Assembly (NCBI GenBank): GCA_041600415.1
Contig: JBFIKF010000004.1
Span: 208,327-272,326, forward strand
Length of the DNA stretch: 64,000 bases
Reading direction: 5' to 3'
Source: Porticoccaceae bacterium
GTDB taxonomy: Bacteria > Pseudomonadota > Gammaproteobacteria > Pseudomonadales > Porticoccaceae
The stretch's first letter is position 1. Each line of letters opens with the position of its first letter. Below the pieces are notes generated by a model. It made no database searches, had not been told where the DNA came from, and saw nothing but the letters and a program-made list of their open reading frames with translations. Positions 18,125 to 27,672 of this stretch are shown piece after piece. A program made the translations under genes and the position numbers.

Positions 18125-20122
18125 TCAGCTTACTGGTGTAATTTCCGATTCAAGGGCCACCAATACCGACGCGATATCCACCTGCTGCTGCGCAACCACA
18201 TGTATGGTTGCCACGGTGCCCTCACTATCGGCAACCAGCTGATGGAACATTTTCATTGCTTCCAGTGTCACCAGCACCTGGCCCTTGCTGACCCTGTCGC
18301 CTGGCGCAACCGACACCTCAACAATTTTGCCGCTCATGGGTGCTCGCAATAAGCCATTCGCGCTACTCGCTTCCCGTCGCTCGGAAAAACTGACACAACG
18401 GTAATAACTGGTGATGCCGGACACATCCAACGCGAGTCGCCCATCGTCGAGAAACGCGTACCAGGCTCCGCGCAATTGTCCATATTCCAGAAACTGGACA
18501 GCACCCGCCAGACCCACTGGCGCCGCGATCAACTCCAGTTGACACACCTCCCCATCGCGCCGGGTAAGCGTATACTTTGAAGCGTCCTGTTCGAGCCGCA
18601 CCGTCTCGGGTTGATCCTCATCGCTCTGCACACGCAGTGGCCAGGATAATGTGCCGGTGCTACACCAGCCGTAATTGCGCGCGCTGGCAACCGCCGAGAC
18701 TTCAACGATAATTCCTCGCTGTGACAATAACACCGCCGCCAGCGCTGTTGCGGCCCCGTCACTTTGAGGTCTGGCGCACAGCTGTGGACGTTCCGCTAGA
18801 AACGCGGTAGTCGCGCCACCATCAGCAAAATCGGACTCGCGCAAAATATTCTGCAGAAATTCCCGATTGGTCACCACGCCCAGTAGCCGGGTATCCTCAA
18901 GCGCAGTGCGCAAACGTCGCAGCGCCTGATCGCGATTGACGCCATGGGCGATAATCTTTGCCAGCATCGGATCGTAGTGGGGAGTAACCTGCTGACCTTC
19001 AATAATGCCACTGTCAACGCGAACCCCGGTATTTTCGGCCGGGCGCCACGCGACAATGCGCCCTGTTTGCGGCAGGTAATTCGCACTCGGGTCTTCGGCA
19101 TACAGACGCACCTCGATAGCATGCCCGTTCAGTTCAATCTGCTCCTGGGCCAACGGCAGTGCCTCGCCGGCCGCTACCCGCAACTGCCATTCCACCAGAT
19201 CGAGTCCAGTGACCAGTTCGGTCACCGGGTGCTCCACCTGCAGGCGCGTATTCATTTCCATAAAATAAAAGTTACCGCTGGCGTCGAGCAAAAACTCCAC
19301 GGTGCCCGCCCCCACGTAGTTCACCGCTCGCGCCACAGCGACAGCGGCTAGGCCCATACGCTCGCGCAGCTCGGCGTTTACCGCTGGAGATGGCGCTTCC
19401 TCCAGCACTTTTTGGTGACGGCGCTGCACAGAACAATCCCGTTCGCCGAGATGTAAAATCGTTCCATGCCGATCGCCAAATACCTGCACTTCGACGTGGC
19501 GCACGTCCAGTAACGCTTTTTCCAGTAATACAGCGCCGCTCCCAAAGGCGCTGCGCGCTTCCGCCGTCGCCTTGAGTAGCGCGTCGTTAAATTCCCCTGC
19601 CGCCGCCACCAGGCGCATACCGCGACCACCGCCGCCCATCGCCGCCTTGATCATCACCGGGTAGCCAATGCGATCCGCTTCGGCACGCAGAAATTCAGGG
19701 TCCTGATGGTCTCCTTCGTACCCCGGTGCGCAGGGCACACCGGCGGCAATAACCCGCGCCCGCGCCCCGCTTTTATTTCCCATGATCTCGATAGCCTCGG
19801 GATCTGGACCAATAAACACCAGTCCAGCATCAATACAGGCGCGGGCAAATGCGGCATTTTCAGAAAAAAATCCATAACCGGGATGGATGGCCTCGGCACC
19901 GCTTTGTCGCGCTGCCGACAATATTGCCGCACTGTTCAGGTAGGAGTCGCCGACCGGTGCGGCACCAATGCGCAGCGCCTCGACCGCCGCTGCGACATGG
20001 GGGGCATCGCGATCCCCATCGCTGTACACCGCCACCGTGTGATAACCCAGCGCCCGCGCACCGCGTATGATTCTCACCGCAATTTCACCGCGGTTGGCAA
20101 TTAGTATGCGGTTAAAAGCCAC
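18125..20122 (-). CDS. Biotin carboxylase plus BCCP alpha subunit of an acyl-CoA carboxylase (AtuF/LiuD-like)
   Basis: FNRILIANRGEIAVR, the ATP-grasp core and a C-terminal biotinyl motif LEAMKM. The ORF-track TTG start at 20152 overlaps the upstream gene. The GTG at 20122 gives MAFNRILIANRGE, 3 nt after the upstream stop. Confidence 0.88.
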   Translation of the reverse strand: MAFNRILIANRGEIAVRIIRGARALGYHTVAVYSDGDRDAPHVAAAVEALRIGAAPVGDSYLNSAAILSAARQSGAEAIHPGYGFFSENAAFARACIDAGLVFIGPDPEAIEIMGNKSGARARVIAAGVPCAPGYEGDHQDPEFLRAEADRIGYPVMIKAAMGGGGRGMRLVAAAGEFNDALLKATAEARSAFGSGAVLLEKALLDVRHVEVQVFGDRHGTILHLGERDCSVQRRHQKVLEEAPSPAVNAELRERMGLAAVAVARAVNYVGAGTVEFLLDASGNFYFMEMNTRLQVEHPVTELVTGLDLVEWQLRVAAGEALPLAQEQIELNGHAIEVRLYAEDPSANYLPQTGRIVAWRPAENTGVRVDSGIIEGQQVTPHYDPMLAKIIAHGVNRDQALRRLRTALEDTRLLGVVTNREFLQNILRESDFADGGATTAFLAERPQLCARPQSDGAATALAAVLLSQRGIIVEVSAVASARNYGWCSTGTLSWPLRVQSDEDQPETVRLEQDASKYTLTRRDGEVCQLELIAAPVGLAGAVQFLEYGQLRGAWYAFLDDGRLALDVSGITSYYRCVSFSERREASSANGLLRAPMSGKIVEVSVAPGDRVSKGQVLVTLEAMKMFHQLVADSEGTVATIHVVAQQQVDIASVLVALESEITPVS

Positions 20123-20124
20123 GG

Positions 20125-20976
20125 CTATTCCTCTCCCGACAAAGAGAACCAACGCGCCCTGCGTTTTTCCACGAACGCAGCCTGTCCTTCTCGCCCTTCA
20201 CCACCGCGATTGAGTTCCGAGAAACGCGCGGCGGCAAATTCAATCAGGCTGTCATCCAGCCCTCCGGCAGCCGCGTTCATAATCTCCTTGGTCACCGCAC
20301 AGGCGCGCGGCCCGCAGGCTGCAATCTTTTCCAGCAGTTGCGTCAGCTGTTGCTCCCCTTCCTCCGGTGTATGAAACAAATAATGCGCCACACCCAACTG
20401 AAAGGCCTCTTCACCGCTAATACGACCACCGGTCAGGGCCATATGGCGCGCCCTGCTCAAACCGATACGGCGCACCACATAGGGCGCGATCTGGGCAGGG
20501 GCCACCCCCAACGTCGTCTCCGGCATGCCCATTTTGGCGTTGGCGGCCACCAAAGTGATATCCATCAGACAGGCAAAACCAAACCCGCCACCCATGGCCG
20601 CACCTTCCACAAAGGCGATGGTGGTTTGCGGTAATTCGGCAATTTTTCTAAACAGCTGCCCGGCGCGCACATTGCGCTCGTACACCGGATCCTGGTCCCC
20701 CGTTTGGCCCTCTACCTGCGCGCGCCGCTCCTTAATGTCACCACCCGCGCAAAAGTTGTGGTCCGCACCGCGCAATACCAGTGCGCGGATATGATGGTTA
20801 CCTGCGAGATACTCTGCCACCGCCTGCAATTCCTCGCTCATACGGTTATTCATTGCGTTGCGTAACGCCGGGCGATTCAGCACGATGTTCAGGCATCCCT
20901 GTTGCTGGCTTAACAACAAGGTTTCACAGCTGGGCAATGCGGTGTTCATGTGGCTCTCATTTATATCCCCACGCAC
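20125..20976 (-). CDS. Enoyl-CoA hydratase/isomerase (AtuE/LiuC-like)
   Basis: Crotonase motifs FCAGGDIKE and GAAMGGGFGFACLMDI. An alternative start ATG at 20949 is preceded by GAGAG. Confidence 0.85.
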   Translation of the reverse strand: MRGDINESHMNTALPSCETLLLSQQQGCLNIVLNRPALRNAMNNRMSEELQAVAEYLAGNHHIRALVLRGADHNFCAGGDIKERRAQVEGQTGDQDPVYERNVRAGQLFRKIAELPQTTIAFVEGAAMGGGFGFACLMDITLVAANAKMGMPETTLGVAPAQIAPYVVRRIGLSRARHMALTGGRISGEEAFQLGVAHYLFHTPEEGEQQLTQLLEKIAACGPRACAVTKEIMNAAAGGLDDSLIEFAAARFSELNRGGEGREGQAAFVEKRRARWFSLSGEE

Positions 20977-22596
20977 TTACATGCGCGCTACACCAAAGGT
21001 GTTGGGGCTTAAGCGCGTGCGCTCGCAGCGCACGCAAATATCCAGCAATTCAATCAATAACTGCCGGGTTTTGCGCGGATCAATAATACCCTCATCCCAG
21101 ACCTGGGACGTGCAATACAACGCCCGCGAGTACTGGTCGTAATACTCGATAATTTCTTTGTGCTGCTGATCGAGAAACGCCCTGTCCACCGGCTCGCCGC
21201 GACTGTTCTGTTTACCTTCGTAAACGATCGACATGACCGTGGCTGCCTGCTCACCGCCCATTACCGCCAACCGGCTGTTGGGCCAGGCAAACAAAAACCG
21301 CGGGTCGAAGGAGCGACCGCACATGGCGTAATTGCCCGCCCCAAAAGACGCCCCCACCAGAATAGTTATCTTCGGGACGGTGGCGTTAGCCACTGCCTGA
21401 ATCATCTTGGCGCCGTTAACGATCATGCCCTTTTGTTCCGAATCCACGCCGACAATAAAACCCGTGGTGTTCTGCAAAAATAAAATCGGGCGATTGGCCT
21501 GACAACACAACTGAATAAACTGTGTCGCTTTGTTTGCCCCCTCGTTGGTGATCGGGCCATTATTGCCGATAATACCGCAGGGCTGGCCACCGATCTCGGC
21601 GAAACCACAGATAGTGTAGGGGTCATAGCTCGGTTTGAACTCCATAAACTCCGAGCCGTCCACCACCCGCGCAATAATTTCCCGGCAGTCGCAGGGTTGT
21701 TTGTAATCCACCGGCACCAGCCCGCACAGTTCGTCGATGGGGTACAAGGGCTCCTGGTAATCATTAACCGTTCTGGGCGGCAGGCGATCATTCCAGCGCA
21801 ACTGGCGCACGATCTCGCGGCAAATTTCGATGCTGTGGGCATCGTCTTCCGCGACAAATTCAGCCAGCCCGGAGATACGGGCGTGCATGTCGGCGCCACC
21901 CAGTTCCTCTTCCCCGGTGATTTCTCCGGTCGCCGCCTTGAGTAACGGCGGACCGGCCAAAAACGCCCGCGCCTGGTTGCGTACAAAAATATTGTAATCT
22001 GACATACCCGGCACGTAGGCGCCGCCAGCGGTGGAATTGCCATGCACCACGGTAATTTGTGGAATTCCGGCCGCTGAAGCCTGAGCCTGCTTTTTAAAGC
22101 GGTTGCCGCCCTGATTAAACCCGATATGCTGGTTCAGCAGGTTACCGCCGCCGCTTTGCATCAGTGAAATAAACGGCAGACACGCGGTCCTGGCGATATC
22201 CTGTGCGCGATGCAGCTTGTCATAAGTCTTGGATTGATTGGTGCCGCCCTTGATCGCTGCGTCATTAATGTAAATCATGCAGCGGGTACCGCAGACAATA
22301 CCAATGCCGACGATAATGCTGGAACCAAATACATTTTCGACGCCGTCGTCGTCGTGCTCCCCAAGCCCGGCCAACGTGGCCAGTTCGATAAAGGGCGCGC
22401 CCGGATCCAGCAACAGGGCGAGGCGCTCACGGGGCAATATCTGGCCACGCTGCTCGAACAAATCTCGCTTGCTGGCGGACACTATGTGTACCTGCTGTTC
22501 AAGGCGGCGCACCTCGTCCACCAGCACCAGCATGTCCTCGCGATTTTGGCAATAGGTCGCGCTGTTTTTATCCACCCTGGATTGCAATACCGACAT
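20977..22596 (-). CDS. Acyl-CoA carboxylase carboxyltransferase beta subunit (AtuC/LiuB-like)
   Basis: 539 aa with two carboxyltransferase domains (GGAYVPGMSD, GASFGAGNYAMCGR). Confidence 0.88.
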   Translation of the reverse strand: MSVLQSRVDKNSATYCQNREDMLVLVDEVRRLEQQVHIVSASKRDLFEQRGQILPRERLALLLDPGAPFIELATLAGLGEHDDDGVENVFGSSIIVGIGIVCGTRCMIYINDAAIKGGTNQSKTYDKLHRAQDIARTACLPFISLMQSGGGNLLNQHIGFNQGGNRFKKQAQASAAGIPQITVVHGNSTAGGAYVPGMSDYNIFVRNQARAFLAGPPLLKAATGEITGEEELGGADMHARISGLAEFVAEDDAHSIEICREIVRQLRWNDRLPPRTVNDYQEPLYPIDELCGLVPVDYKQPCDCREIIARVVDGSEFMEFKPSYDPYTICGFAEIGGQPCGIIGNNGPITNEGANKATQFIQLCCQANRPILFLQNTTGFIVGVDSEQKGMIVNGAKMIQAVANATVPKITILVGASFGAGNYAMCGRSFDPRFLFAWPNSRLAVMGGEQAATVMSIVYEGKQNSRGEPVDRAFLDQQHKEIIEYYDQYSRALYCTSQVWDEGIIDPRKTRQLLIELLDICVRCERTRLSPNTFGVARM

Positions 22597-22645
22597 CTTC
22601 GCACCTTTACAAATTATTTCCGCGCATCGCTTTTATCGGACGGCA

Positions 22646-23809
22646 TTACCTGCCAGCAGGTGACGGATAGATTCCCATCTCCTTCGCGATCACCTGTAGC
22701 ATCACCTCATTAGCGCCCCCGCCGATGGAACACAGACGCGCATCGCGAAAAATGCGACTGATCAGGTTGTCCCACATAAAACCCTGACCACCCCAGAACT
22801 GCAAACAGGCGGACGGTACGGTCTGACCCAACTGACCCACCTTGAATTTTGCCATGGATACTTCTTTCAGGGCATTTTCACCGCGCACGTATTTTTCGGC
22901 GGCAAAATACAGCAACGCGCGCGCTGCCATAACCTCGGTTTGCAGTTCCGCCAACTTGAAGTACACCACCTGATTTTCCAGCAGCGACTTGTCGAACAGT
23001 TCCCGTTGTCTGGTGTAGTCGATGGTAATAGTGATGGCATCTTCAATTTGACTGAGGTACTTGGTGGCAGCAGCCAGTCGCTCCTCCTGGAACTGTTCCA
23101 TCTGGTAGATGAAACCTCTGTTTTCCTCTCCCACCCGATTGCCAACCGGCACCCGTACATCATCGAAATAAATCGGTGCAGTGTCCGAGCTGCGACAGCC
23201 CAGTTTATTAAGCAGCTTGCCGCGGGTCACCCCCGGCGTATCGAGGGGCACAATAATGATACTTTTGTTGCGGTGCGGTCCGTTGTCTTCGCTGGTGTTG
23301 CACAACAGGCAGACCCAGTCGGCCTGCGTCGAACTGGTAATCCACATCTTGCTGCCATTAATGACATATTCGTCCCCGTCGCGGCGCGCCGTGGTCTTAA
23401 TTGAGCCCACGTCTGAACCTGCGCCAACTTCGCTGACCCCAATACAGCCAACACTGGTGCCAGCAATCGCGGGCACCAGATATTTTAGTTTCAGTGCTTC
23501 ACTGCCGTGTACGGCGAGAGCCGGTGTACACATATCCGTCTGCACCGCCAACGCAGTGGACACCCCGGAACAACGAATTTTGCCAATCTCCTCCGAGTAC
23601 ACCATCTGGTAGGAGTAATCGAGACCCAACCCGCCATATTCCACTGGTTTGGTGATACCCAAAAAGCCGGCATCCCCCATTTTTTTAAAAATAGCGTGGG
23701 CCGGCCAGATACCTTCTGCCTCCCACTGATCCACATGGGGCGCGATTTCGCGGTCGATAAAGCGCCGTAATGACTGGCGCAAGGTCTCGTGTTCAGTTGA
23801 AAACAGCAT
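22646..23809 (-). CDS. Acyl-CoA dehydrogenase (first gene of the operon, AtuD/LiuA-like)
   Basis: 387 aa ACAD (FLGITKPVEYGGLGLD, VSEVGAGSD, GGANEVM). Confidence 0.85.
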   Translation of the reverse strand: MLFSTEHETLRQSLRRFIDREIAPHVDQWEAEGIWPAHAIFKKMGDAGFLGITKPVEYGGLGLDYSYQMVYSEEIGKIRCSGVSTALAVQTDMCTPALAVHGSEALKLKYLVPAIAGTSVGCIGVSEVGAGSDVGSIKTTARRDGDEYVINGSKMWITSSTQADWVCLLCNTSEDNGPHRNKSIIIVPLDTPGVTRGKLLNKLGCRSSDTAPIYFDDVRVPVGNRVGEENRGFIYQMEQFQEERLAAATKYLSQIEDAITITIDYTRQRELFDKSLLENQVVYFKLAELQTEVMAARALLYFAAEKYVRGENALKEVSMAKFKVGQLGQTVPSACLQFWGGQGFMWDNLISRIFRDARLCSIGGGANEVMLQVIAKEMGIYPSPAGR

Positions 23810-24018
23810 GTCACTCCCGGTGAAGGTTTATGGGGTACACAGCGAATGTAGTGGCTGGTGATAACCCTTCCAGGGTCGGGCACGGCAGCGGTTGAACGGA
23901 AATTTCGCGGTATTTTCCAGAACGAACCGGAGAGTAAACATAGCGAATTTTTACCGGGCGTTCAATCAGTTTCTAACGGCCGGTAACCTGCGCCGGCGCC
24001 ACAGACGGCCTGACAAAA

Positions 24019-24582
24019 TCAGTCGAGACGGAAAAAATGTTGCCGGTAGTAGCTCAGCTCCGCAATGGAATCGCGAATGTCATCCATGGCCAGATGACTG
24101 CTGTTTTTGCGTAGCCCGACCAATAGTTCCGGTCGCCAGCGAGCGGCGATCTCCTTGACGGTACTGACATCCAGATTGCGATAGTGAAAATAGCGCTCCA
24201 GCTCTGGCATTTCACGGGCGAGAAAGCGCCGATCCTGACAGATGGAATTACCGCACATCGGCGATTGACCTGACTCTACCCACTGCGACAAAAATGCGAT
24301 GGTAGCCAGTTCGGCCTGGCGTGCAGTCACAGTGCTACTACGCACCCGCTCGGTCAGGCCGGACTTACCATGTTGACGGGTATTCCACTCGTCCATTGCC
24401 CTCAGCACTTCGTCCGGCTGATGCACCGCAAATACCGGGCCCTCTGCCAGCACGTTAAGGTGCTTGTCGGTGACAATCGTAGCGATCTCAATAATGACAT
24501 CGTTAACGGTGTCCAGCCCGGTCATCTCCAGATCAATCCACACCAGATTGGACTGCTGTTGCGGGTCGCTCGCGTTCGGCAT
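24019..24582 (-). CDS. orn: Oligoribonuclease
   Basis: [13 protein letters not shown] exonuclease motif, 187 aa, full-length Orn-like. Confidence 0.93.
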   Translation of the reverse strand: MPNASDPQQQSNLVWIDLEMTGLDTVNDVIIEIATIVTDKHLNVLAEGPVFAVHQPDEVLRAMDEWNTRQHGKSGLTERVRSSTVTARQAELATIAFLSQWVESGQSPMCGNSICQDRRFLAREMPELERYFHYRNLDVSTVKEIAARWRPELLVGLRKNSSHLAMDDIRDSIAELSYYRQHFFRLD

Positions 24583-24590
24583 GGCTATGT

Positions 24591-25667
24591 TTACTCCTGA
24601 TCCTGACTATCGGCATCTACCAGAGACGCGAGGTGCGCCAGGCGCTCGGCGCGGGCGGCAATCTGTCTGTCCAGCGCCAGTTTTTCCTCACCGTCACTAA
24701 GACGGACGCGGCTTTTTAATTCCTCAATTTCACGCGCCAGACTGAGTTGTTCATCCTTGATGGCAGCGCTTCTATCGGCAAGGTCGGCTTTGTCGAAAAT
24801 TCTTTTTTCCGGCACCTGCTCCGCTTCCTGGGCGTCATAGGCTGGCCTGGGCGCAAATGTAAATTTGATGCCTTCGCGTACGCGACGCTGATTCGTAAAA
24901 GCAGGGGACACTATTTCTATACCGTCGCCATTCAACTGATCGAGTACCGCCTGGCGCAACCGCGTGCGCTGACTAAGCAACTGTGCCACTTCGGTGCAGA
25001 ATCCCGCAATGCGATAGGTAATTGAGTAATCCCCCAACGTCAGAATTTGTGCGAAGGGGTCCTGTAGCCCGGCGTCCTCGGCCGCCGCCTTCAGCAGCGG
25101 CTCCACGCGATAATACGGCACGTCGTAACCGAGAGATAAGTCACAACTGATAATGGTGCCGGAAGAACGAATAACCGTAACCGGATTTACCGATAAAAAC
25201 AGATTGGGAATGGTGACCAGATCGCGATCCTCCGATTGTATCTCGGTATGAAACAGTCCGCGCTCGGTCACACGGCCAAAATAGCCACCTACCCGCACAA
25301 AATCTCCAGGGCTAAAACTTCTGACGGCGCGTAACATCAGGCCGGCCATGGCGTTACTGATAAACGACGTCGACGACAGCGCGATCACTCCAGTGAAGAG
25401 CAGACCCAGCAATCCCAGCAATCCCAGCAAAGAATTACGGGTGCTGTCGGAAATCGGTAGCGCCAGCACCACCGCAATAACGCCCGCCGCGGTCAGGGCG
25501 AGCATTATCACCTGCCGGGCGAGGCGCGGACGTCCCGCAGCAAGCACGCGACGAATAATCAACATATGCGCCAGCCACAAGCCACCGATCACCGCGATCC
25601 CGGTAAACAACAGGGTTTGCGAGCCTTGCCAGGCGGCAGATAGCGCTTCCATAGTGCAGATTCTCAC
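24591..25667 (-). CDS. MscS-family mechanosensitive channel with a C-terminal coiled-coil tail
   Basis: TM helices followed by [35 protein letters not shown] (MscS beta-domain signature). It ends 9 nt upstream of the orn start. Confidence 0.8.
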   Translation of the reverse strand: MRICTMEALSAAWQGSQTLLFTGIAVIGGLWLAHMLIIRRVLAAGRPRLARQVIMLALTAAGVIAVVLALPISDSTRNSLLGLLGLLGLLFTGVIALSSTSFISNAMAGLMLRAVRSFSPGDFVRVGGYFGRVTERGLFHTEIQSEDRDLVTIPNLFLSVNPVTVIRSSGTIISCDLSLGYDVPYYRVEPLLKAAAEDAGLQDPFAQILTLGDYSITYRIAGFCTEVAQLLSQRTRLRQAVLDQLNGDGIEIVSPAFTNQRRVREGIKFTFAPRPAYDAQEAEQVPEKRIFDKADLADRSAAIKDEQLSLAREIEELKSRVRLSDGEEKLALDRQIAARAERLAHLASLVDADSQDQE

Positions 25668-25757
25668 GGTGGTGGTGTCGGGTACTACCGGGCCCCATTA
25701 TGCTATATGCTTGGCCGCCAACACACCCCACTACAGCCAGGGCGAGACCAGGAGGGT

Positions 25758-26810
25758 ATGGCAAAACGCAAATTGACATTGCAACAAAAACGCAGAATTC
25801 AGGGTCAACAGGACCGTAGCCGAGCACAGGCCGACGACGAGAATGTACAGGAAGACACGGTGCAATCAGAATCGGGGCTGGGTTCAGAGCAAACTGGGAT
25901 TGTTGCGGTACGCTACGGTAACAGTGCCGATATTGTGATTGAGGTCGGTGGGGCGGTACGCCGCTGTCATTTTCGCGCCAATCTCGATTCGCTGATTGCC
26001 GGAGATCGCGTGGTCTGGCGCGATAGCGAGTCTGGAAGCGTAATCACCGCCGTTCAATCTCGTAAAAATTATCTTGATCGGCCGGATAACCGTGGAAAAC
26101 TGAGACCGGTCGCCGCCAATATCGATCGCATTGCCATCGTTCTGGCACCCCAGCCACAACCCCACGCCAATCTTATCGACCGTTATCTGGTGGCGTGCGA
26201 AGCGCGAGGCATCGAGCCGTTTCTGGTATTAAATAAATTCGATATGGAAGTAACCGAAGACCTCACACAGCTACTCAACAGCTATGCACAGCTGGGCTAC
26301 CGGCTGCTGTATGTCTCGGCTAAAACCGGTGCGGGCGTGGCACAACTGGCCACCACTTTGCAACACAAAACTGGCGTACTAGTGGGTCAGTCGGGGGTCG
26401 GCAAATCCTCGTTAATTAACGCACTCATTCCCAATGCGGATACCCAAACTGGCCCACTATCCACTAAATTGACAGCCACTGGATCCAGCCATGGCGCACA
26501 AGGAATTGTTCACCGCGATGCGAAAGGTACCCATACTACCAGCGCCAGTCAGTTATTTCGTCTGCCCGGCGGCGGGGGACTGATCGACTCCCCGGGCATT
26601 CGAGAATTCGGCCTCTGGCATCTCGATGCGGGACAGGTCGCCGCAGGATTTATTGAATTCAGGCCGCTCCTGGGGCGCTGCAAGTTTCGCGACTGCCGAC
26701 ACCGCAGTGAACCGGAATGTGCGCTAATCGCGGCGGTAAACAACGGCACAGTGCGTGCCCAGCGGCTCGCCAGCTATCACTCCATCGTTGCCGAATTGAG
26801 CGCCCGCTGA
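25758..26810 (+). CDS. rsgA: Ribosome small-subunit-dependent GTPase A
   Basis: Circularly permuted GTPase with NKFD, GQSGVGKSSLINAL, DSPGIREF and the zinc motif CKFRDCRH..EPEC. The ATG at 25758 is preceded by GGAGGG. Confidence 0.92.
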   Translation: MAKRKLTLQQKRRIQGQQDRSRAQADDENVQEDTVQSESGLGSEQTGIVAVRYGNSADIVIEVGGAVRRCHFRANLDSLIAGDRVVWRDSESGSVITAVQSRKNYLDRPDNRGKLRPVAANIDRIAIVLAPQPQPHANLIDRYLVACEARGIEPFLVLNKFDMEVTEDLTQLLNSYAQLGYRLLYVSAKTGAGVAQLATTLQHKTGVLVGQSGVGKSSLINALIPNADTQTGPLSTKLTATGSSHGAQGIVHRDAKGTHTTSASQLFRLPGGGGLIDSPGIREFGLWHLDAGQVAAGFIEFRPLLGRCKFRDCRHRSEPECALIAAVNNGTVRAQRLASYHSIVAELSAR

Positions 26811-26852
26811 ACCCACATCGGTTACAATGGCCACCCCTGGAGGACAACCCGT

Positions 26853-27665
26853 ATGCCTGACACCCTGGCGCGCATGCTCGAACCGACGGAGCTCGAGAAA
26901 CACCTCAAGGATGATAATTTGCTGATTGTCGATCTGTGCAAAGAGCAGCTGTACCAACGCGCTCATATCCCTGGGGCAATACATATATCGCCATCGCAAC
27001 TGATGCGAGGTGAGGCGCCCGCACCGGGAAAACTACCGGACGCTGCCCGCCTCAACACACTGTTTTCACGCCTCGGCTTGACCCCGAAAACCCATGTGGT
27101 CGCCTACGATGACGAAGGTGGGGGCTGGGCCGGCCGTCTTATATGGGTCCTGGATGTTATCGGCCACCCGCACTGGTCATACCTGAACGGCGGCATTGTG
27201 GCGTGGCAAAACGAGGGGCATCCCTTAACCAGCGCTGTTCCGCCATCGCCCATTCCGACCTCTGTGACGGTTACCCCAGACAGGTCGCAGCTGCCAGAAG
27301 TTGAAGACATTATCGCCCACCTCGGCGAGAAAAATTTTGTGATTTGGGATGCCCGCAGCCGCGAGGAGTACGACGGCATCCGGGTGCTGAGCCAGCGGGG
27401 TGGCCACATTCCCGGAGCGATTCATTGCGAGTGGACGTCGTTAATGGATCGGACTCTAAATATGCGCGTGCGCGGGGATGCCCCTGCCTACCTGCAACAA
27501 TTGGGACTGACTTCCGACAAGACTATTATTACCCATTGTCAGAGCCACCATCGCTCGGCGTATACCTACCTGGTAGGGAAATTACTCGGCTATGAGAATA
27601 TTCGTGGTTATCACGGTTCCTGGTCAGAATGGGGAAACCTCGCCAACACACCGATAGAGATGTAA
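26853..27665 (+). CDS. Tandem-rhodanese sulfurtransferase (thiosulfate/3-mercaptopyruvate type)
   Basis: Two rhodanese domains. The active-site loop is THCQSHHRSA. Confidence 0.8.
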   Translation: MPDTLARMLEPTELEKHLKDDNLLIVDLCKEQLYQRAHIPGAIHISPSQLMRGEAPAPGKLPDAARLNTLFSRLGLTPKTHVVAYDDEGGGWAGRLIWVLDVIGHPHWSYLNGGIVAWQNEGHPLTSAVPPSPIPTSVTVTPDRSQLPEVEDIIAHLGEKNFVIWDARSREEYDGIRVLSQRGGHIPGAIHCEWTSLMDRTLNMRVRGDAPAYLQQLGLTSDKTIITHCQSHHRSAYTYLVGKLLGYENIRGYHGSWSEWGNLANTPIEM

Positions 27666-27672
27666 CTGAACA

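Noticed and set aside
23810-24018. Near-palindrome CGGAAATTTCG and other short dyads upstream of the atu-like operon, considered as a TetR/AtuR-type operator.
   Set aside because: Only the 8-bp core GAAATTTC is symmetric, no regulator gene is adjacent, and an AT-rich 8-mer palindrome is likely to arise by chance.
26481-26532. A cluster of BamHI (GGATCC), NcoI (CCATGG) and KpnI (GGTACC) sites inside the rsgA insertion, which raised the idea of a cloning scar or engineered linker.
   Set aside because: The segment is in frame, has no other vector-like sequence, and its codon usage matches the gene. Three 6-mers in about 50 nt of GC-balanced DNA can occur by chance.
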